Shown here: positions 57,422-64,000 of the stretch, piece by piece | Position numbering within the stretch: position 1 is the first letter of the stretch | Layout: each line of letters begins with the position of its first letter | DNA from: Paramecium tetraurelia | Lineage: Eukaryota | Length of the DNA stretch: 64,000 bases | Reading direction: 5' to 3' | NCBI GenBank assembly: GCA_000165425.1 | Contig: CT867986.1 | Span: 124,001-188,000 of the forward strand | Made by a program: the position numbers and the translations under genes | The notes under the pieces: generated by a model | What the model saw: only the letters and a program-made list of their open reading frames with translations | Database searches by the model: none | Told to the model about the DNA's origin: nothing

Positions 57422-58520
57422 AATTCAAACTATTCTAATTAGAATTAAATCTGAAATATATATATATATATGCAATCTATAGAATTTTTAGTTATCAAAA
57501 TATGATTATATTAGAAGAAACAAATTATATTATCTATATATATTTAAGAATCTTAAATCGAAAAACACTAATATTCATAAAAAATTAATAGAATGTTTTT
57601 AATTTAAATTCAAAAAGAAGAAGAAATGAAATGGTTAATTGGGGTTGGTTTGAGTTTCTGAGTGGCTATTTATAAATTTTCATTCTCCTTTGATCAAAAT
57701 AAAAAAGAAATATTTTTCAGAAAAAGTCTCAATTATTTTTTTTATCGTTAATCGTTTTGAATTCTTTAAAAATAGTAACAAACTATGTTTTCGTCTAAAA
57801 ACTTGATTTAATTTTATGTCTCTTTAGTTTTCTTTTGTATTATAGAAGCAATAACTCTTTGATTACGTCTTAAAACATAACTATATAAAAGAAGAGTTTT
57901 CTTTGGAATTGGCAATAGAATCTATTAAAAATTTGAATATTTAAAGAAGATGTGTAACTTTACTCAGGACAACAAAAATAAACACCTTAAGATGAAAATT
58001 TAAATATATATAAATTTAATGTAATTGGTTTTAGTTGATTTAAAACAATCAATTAATTAATATTATTACTAAGTAGTAAAATTAGTTAAAAGCAAAAGAT
58101 TCATTATAATTAGTTCATGATAATTAAAAAAAATTAAATATGCCTAAATAAACTTGAATATTCAGCAAATGATAAAGACAATTAAATTATTTATTCTTAT
58201 ATAGCTAGTCAAAAGAAACTGGTTCTTTTATGCCATCTTTGTAGCTAAATATGGGAGTAGGGTTTCTAGTGTTTGGTGACTAGGCGTGCTGGATATAATA
58301 ATTTTTAATATTTTGATTATGTGTTAATTTATGATTAGAGTTTTATAATTATACATTTATGAAGGTAAGCTTTGATTGATTTATCTTTAATTGAAGTTTT
58401 GGAAGAAAAGAATTTCTGAAGTTCTAATTTCACCTCAATATATAATGCAAATTAATTGTATAAAAGCAAATTAAGTATCAACACTTTTTTCAATTATTTA
58501 AATTGATTTTCCCATTGAAT

Positions 58521-59339
58521 ATGGATTTAATGTTAGAGTAATAGTATGTCAAAGCAGATGGAGTTGAAGAATAGGTTTCTAGCTCTTCTGAGTGTTCTCA
58601 TGATTCAGATTCGTCATTTGATTTAGAAAATAAAATAAACAACAAGTCACATCAAAAAAAACTCACAAATGACTTAAACGGAGATGATTAAAAAAAGAAT
58701 GGTAGATCTATTTATTTATCCCTTAGGCAAGTTCGGTTTAAAATACGCAAAAATCTCAAATAAATAGAGACAAGCATTGATTGAAAGAGTTACATCTACT
58801 GGTTGTACAATTAAGAGTGCCGCCAAAGACTTGAGTATCAACTTTTCAACAGCCAAAGCAATTATGCAGATTTTTAGAAGGGAAGGAAGAATAACGAAAA
58901 AAATAATAAGGGAAATAAAATCGAAGACCATCAAGAATTTAGGATAAAATAATGAAGGTATTAATATTCATATTAATTTTAGATAACATTCAGAAAAAAT
59001 CTTAACTGGAAGAATAAAATTTAAAGTTCGTAAAAGTTGAGGCAATTTAGGACAATAACGAGACAAATTTATATTAATAAGCAGAAGAAGCTAATAGACA
59101 TTAAGCTTTGATCATCCAATAACTGAGTACTTAAGTACCTTATTCATTAATAATTAGAACCTATATCTACAAAGCAGAATTAATCAATTATAACAAGATA
59201 AATTTTAAATAAACTCAAAGTATGAATAATTGTTAATGTAATATCATTAATTATAATCAATGGTAAATTATTTTAATAACAATAGGCTCGACAATTCCTG
59301 TAGCCTTGTATGTTTTAATTTCCTACATTTGCCCAGTGA
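58521..59339 (+). CDS. HTH (homeodomain-like, Tc1/IS630-type) DNA-binding protein
   Basis: KYAKISNKQRQALIERV..TIKSAAKDLSINFSTAKAIMQIFRREGRITKK; three tiny introns. Confidence 0.8.
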
Positions 59340-59613
59340 AATTTTTAACTCATATATATATTTATTTTATATTAAATTAATTAAATCTCTATTAAAACAA
59401 AGTTTAATCAGAATTCAAATTTTAGAAATCTATGTTTATGTAAATGAGCAGGACATAAATTGTATCTTAGAAACATTCAATTTTAAGTTCAAAGGTTCTA
59501 AACTACTTTCGGTAGTCTAAATAGATCTTAACTATTAAATTTAATTAATAGAGAAATTTTGTGCATTATATACTAATTAAACTTGTCTATCAATTATGAA
59601 TTTAATATTATTT

Positions 59614-60776
59614 ATGGGTAATTGCAATATCTACGGTTAAGAGATAGAAGAAGAAGATTTAAGTATACTTTAGTTGTTATCCTAGATCAATCATCAAGGA
59701 ATTTTGAATTCTTGGAACTCTTGGGATAGGGAAATTTTGGGAAAGTTTGGAAGGTTCAAAGGAAAAAAACTAAGGAATACTTTGCTATGAAGGTCATGGA
59801 TAAGGAATTGTAAGTATAGTCAATAAATTTAGAATAATAAGGAAGTAATATGCTACTGTTGTGATGTAGGAACAAAACATACTCACTTCTATTAGGCATC
59901 CATTTCTAGTTAATCTTATTTCATCCTTCCAAGATAAAAAAAGATTATACCTAACACTTGATCTGTTGACTGGAGGAGACTTTAGATAACATTTAAATTA
60001 CAATAAGGTGTTTTCGGAAGAATAAACAAGTAATATTCTTTAACTTATGAAAGAATTCTTCATCGCCTGTATAATAGTAGCCTTAGACTATCTTCATTCG
60101 CAAGGGATTATTCATAGAGACCTTAAACCTGAAAATCTGGTGATGGATCATAGAGGTTATCTCAGATTAACAGATTTTGGTTTGGCCTCAATATGGAGGC
60201 CCAACAATTCCTAGGAGATAAATGGGACTTTGGGCTACATAGCACCGGAAATTATGTGCAAATAAAACCATGGAATAGCTGTTGATTACTTCGCATTAGG
60301 TGTTATAGCTTATGAATGTATGTTTGGAAAAAGACCATACAGAGGAACAAATGCCAATCAAATTAGGGATTTATTTCTATCTTAATAAGTTTAAATTAAA
60401 CAATCCCAGCTTCCGATTGGCTGGAGCTTAGAGGCTGGAGACTTTATAAATAAAGTATCTTCTAAAAATTTAAATTTAGCTAATATAAAGAAAACCAGAA
60501 AATAGGCTCGGTGCTAATTCTCCAAGTGATGTTAAGAATCATAGATGGTTTTAAAATTTCAACTGGCAGAATTTACAATCTAAAATCATTATTCCACCTT
60601 ATTAACCCAAAAGAAAATTTAGTTGTGTGGAAAATAGTTAATAATGTTGTGAGAATAAAAAACAGATGAACAAAATAATTTTGAATGATTAGCAATAATG
60701 TATTAATAAATTTAAACCTTTAGCTTAATTCGAAGGCTATTGTTTTGAGGCTGAATAAATAAAGAATAAAGTATGA
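59614..60776 (+). CDS. AGC-group Ser/Thr protein kinase with MGNC N-terminus
   Basis: [52 protein letters not shown]. Confidence 0.95.
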
Positions 60777-60992
60777 GAAAGTCAAATCTTCTTTAATTTG
60801 TGATTATTACTTGTATATATGATAATTTATAATCTAAATATCAAGAATATTGTTCTCATACTATAATATTCAATGTAGCATTGTTTAAATTGTAAAATTG
60901 AAGATTTGTTTTTGAAAAGGATTCTCTATTTAATTATATATTATTAAAAAGAAAGTTTTGGTTATATAAATTCAATTTATTTTTAAAATAAT

Positions 60993-61604
60993 ATGATAAC
61001 AATTATTTCCAAAGACAATGTGAGGATTAACATTTCAAAATAAATCGTCGACCTAGCAAAAGGATTAGAGCCTTATTTAATTGACTAAGATATAGTGTTT
61101 GAAGATATTGTGACTGGAGATTTTTTATAAGCATTGAAATTGTTTTATGAAGAATTCTAATTCGATATTGAAAAAATGAAATTCCCTAAGCCCATGTAAT
61201 TGAAAGAAAATGAAAAAGTTTTTGGCAAGGTCTTATTGGATCATTTTAAACCCTTTTTGGATATTGCAATCAGAGATAAAAACATTGACATATTTATTCA
61301 ATTTATCCGAGGTGCTCATTTATTCTAAGCGAAACATTTTATCGAATTTATTAATTGTTGTTTAGCAATGACTATATAGTTCAAGGGACAGTCCGAATAT
61401 GACATAAAATAATTTCAAAAGGATTGGAATCTGTCTGATTCATATCAAGAATCCTCCTTTAATTAGTAAAATTTCATATTATTTAGAATATTTTTTTAGA
61501 AACTATAGAATAAATATATTTAAGCATTATCTACAAAGGATGGGGAATAATAAGTACAACAACAAGTGGAATTTGATGAAGATGTATTTAGCGATGGATG
61601 GTGA
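60993..61604 (+). CDS. Divergent Skp1/BTB-POZ-like protein, 203 aa
   Basis: MITIISKDNVRINI.., FPKPM, FIRGAHLFQAKHFIEFINCCLA resemble the Skp1 layout; intronless 612 nt. Confidence 0.55.
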
Positions 61605-61785
61605 TTTTGACAATCAATTGATAAGTAAATTATAATATAAATCTACTCAATTTTACTCATTTTGATATGATTTATAACTATTATGTTCCATATTCCGAAA
61701 GGGAATATTTCATTGAAATTTATACAATGAAGAGTAATTGATAATGTCAATCTATATAATTATATAATTTATTTATTTTATTAAA

Positions 61786-62074
61786 ATGGCAATGAGTCAT
61801 GGTTCATCGATCTTGGTTGGATCAATAATTTATATGGTCTTAGGAGTAGCTGCATGTTTTGGGTTCAATTCTTATGTTTCTAAAAAAACAAAAAATCCCC
61901 ATGATGTTCCTGAAAATAGAACGTAATAATCAATATGAATTAAGAATAACTCTTGTAAGTGTGACTATTGCTACATTTTGTGCTTGGTTAATGTGGGTGG
62001 TCGCATATATGGCATAAATGAATCCAATAATTACACCAGAATGGGAAAATCATTAACCAAGTTAAAAAGATTGA
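61786..62074 (+). CDS. VMA9: V-type ATPase V0 subunit e
   Basis: Two TM helices; ATFCAWLMWVVAYMAQMNPIITP signature; one tiny intron. Confidence 0.9.
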
Positions 62075-63169
62075 GTATTGTATTCGCATTTCATAAAATA
62101 AATTAAATTATTTACTTATTGCATTCATTTAAATTTCGTTAGATTTTCTTTAAAATAAATAATCTATATATTTTTTATTCGTGTTTAAGATCTTTGTTCT
62201 AAAATACTTGTAACCCAGGTGAAATTGAATGATATGCGTAATCATAAGTATAATTTAATTAATTTCATCAAGAACAAAAAGAATAAATAAAAATAATAAT
62301 GGTTTACTAATTTCTAGTTTCATAAATCTCTAATTTGCCAAAAGTTACTGAATTCCAAAAATACAGTATTACAAGTATAAATATTTTTGATTTCTCAAGG
62401 TCTTATTCTTTGTTTAATAATTTTATTCGGCTATATTATTATTTTGAATTAAATTATAAGAATCTCTTTGAAACTATGATTTTGATACTATGCAAATTTC
62501 TTGAATTCTTAATATAAAGTATTTTCATTAATTTATTAACTTTATTTGCTTTCCATTTATGCATTTGAAATGAGTTAAAATACCCATTTATATTAAATTC
62601 AGTCAAAATAAATTAAATATTCTTTTAATATTTTAACAATTTTAATGATTTAGATGTTATTGTTTGAATTATTTAGAATCAATCATACTAAATCGTTGTA
62701 GAAATCAAAATTTATTTTCTTTTTGAATTACGATTGTTACATCTCATATTTTATGTCATTCTAAAGTTAAAGTAATGAGTATTAATATATATCTAATTAT
62801 AATAATCAATTAAAATAATTTGTTATTCTGTTAACTTATTTATCTAATTATCAAAAGATCTATTAGAAATTCTTGTTATATATAGATTTAAATCATCAAG
62901 AAAAGCAATCCTATCTAATTTTAAGGCTTTTGCACTAAAATTGGAAAATTTTAAATTTAACACAACTTTATTTTTGGGCTTCTAGATTTATTATTTTTTC
63001 AGGAAAATTGTAAAAAATTATTATGAATGAGATAAAAATAGAAGAAAAAGAATTTATAAGTGTTTGTTTCGAAATTCTATAATAACAGTCTAAATATATT
63101 AAAAATAGCAATTAAAGAGTCAGTGATTTAAGAGTAATTGTATATACTAAATACATAAAACAAATGTGT

Positions 63170-63602
63170 TCAATCACTCTGAAATTCATCTTCAGAATGT
63201 ACTTTATTTTCGGAAAAATATTATCTCATTATTTATTTGCTTCTCAATACAGGTTTTTCAATTTTAGGCAATTTTTTCTTTTTATGATTCCTTCTAAGGC
63301 GGGGATTGAAAGGATTGAATTTCTAATGGTGAGATCTTCAATAGATAAAATAATTACCTACATTAACTTGGACTTCTTGTACCGATAATCTAACTCATTC
63401 TTTTAAATAAAGGTTGTCCCTTTCTTTATGAATCTCCAGAGCCTTTGACTCTCAGTAAAAATTGAACGTATTATTAATGCTCTTCTTCACTCCAATGACC
63501 TGATTTAATAAGGGTACTATTGCTTAAATCTTATTATTTTGAATTATTTAAGTTTAACTCGAGATAATCTGGGTGTAATGATCCTGAATTTTCAGATTTC
63601 AT
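63170..63602 (-). CDS. Single-repeat Myb (SHAQKY-class) DNA-binding protein
   Basis: SGHWSEEEHQQYVQFL..FKRMSQIIGTRSPSQCRSHHQKF; 22-nt intron. Confidence 0.88.
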
Positions 63603-64000
63603 TAATTTTTTCGATTTTGAATCTTAAAATAAATAATACTCTGAACCTAAATATAAATAACGATTTTAAATATTATTATTAATACTTTTATTCACTAAAT
63701 TCTTAATTTACTGAACCTAATGAATCCTAAATGGGAAGGTAATATCTTAAAAAATTAAAGAACAGAAATCCGGTTTAATTAAATCAAATTTTCTTTCAAA
63801 AGGCAAGTAGGAATAATTTTATCATGTTAAGTCAAATTTCTATTATAGATTAGGGATTTGCATATAATGAATACATATCTTGAACTTCAAAATAAATTAG
63901 TTGATATTTAAATATATTTTGAATTATAATTTATTTCCACAAAGTTGCAAAGTTTATGATTTAGTTTTTTGAGAATCAATAATAAGTCTTTTTGGTTGAT

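Noticed and set aside
57638..57665. Telomere-like TTGGGGTTGGTTTGAG
   Set aside because: Only one perfect G4T2 unit; too short to call an internal telomere or fragmentation site

Overview
AT-rich, gene-dense eukaryotic DNA that reads as Paramecium macronuclear sequence (probably P. tetraurelia or another aurelia species; the species is an inference). Conserved proteins translate only with ciliate code 6 (TAA/TAG = Gln, TGA = sole stop) and tiny 20-30 nt GT..AG introns, so the supplied standard-code ORF track is mostly fragments or antisense shadows. Manual translation supports about 45 protein genes and one tRNA-Arg(UCG). Recognisable genes include adenosylhomocysteinase, an ERK7-type MAPK, an AGC kinase, two dual-specificity phosphatases, PP2C, a CNNM transporter, GILT, glutathione peroxidase, a GYG/CNBD K+ channel, a FIGNL1-like AAA ATPase, CNOT11, an RBR E3 ligase, two otubain-family proteins, V-ATPase subunit e and several DNA-binding proteins. 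No CRISPR, rRNA, intact transposon or clear retained IES was seen. I cannot demonstrate a new multi-gene system. The best leads are a small OB-fold-like protein with a C-terminal PIP box, a catalytically dead otubain alongside an active membrane-anchored one, two transposase-like HTH proteins, an output-less two-TM sensor and a hairpin-forming intergenic island. All gene models and family calls were made by eye, without database searches.
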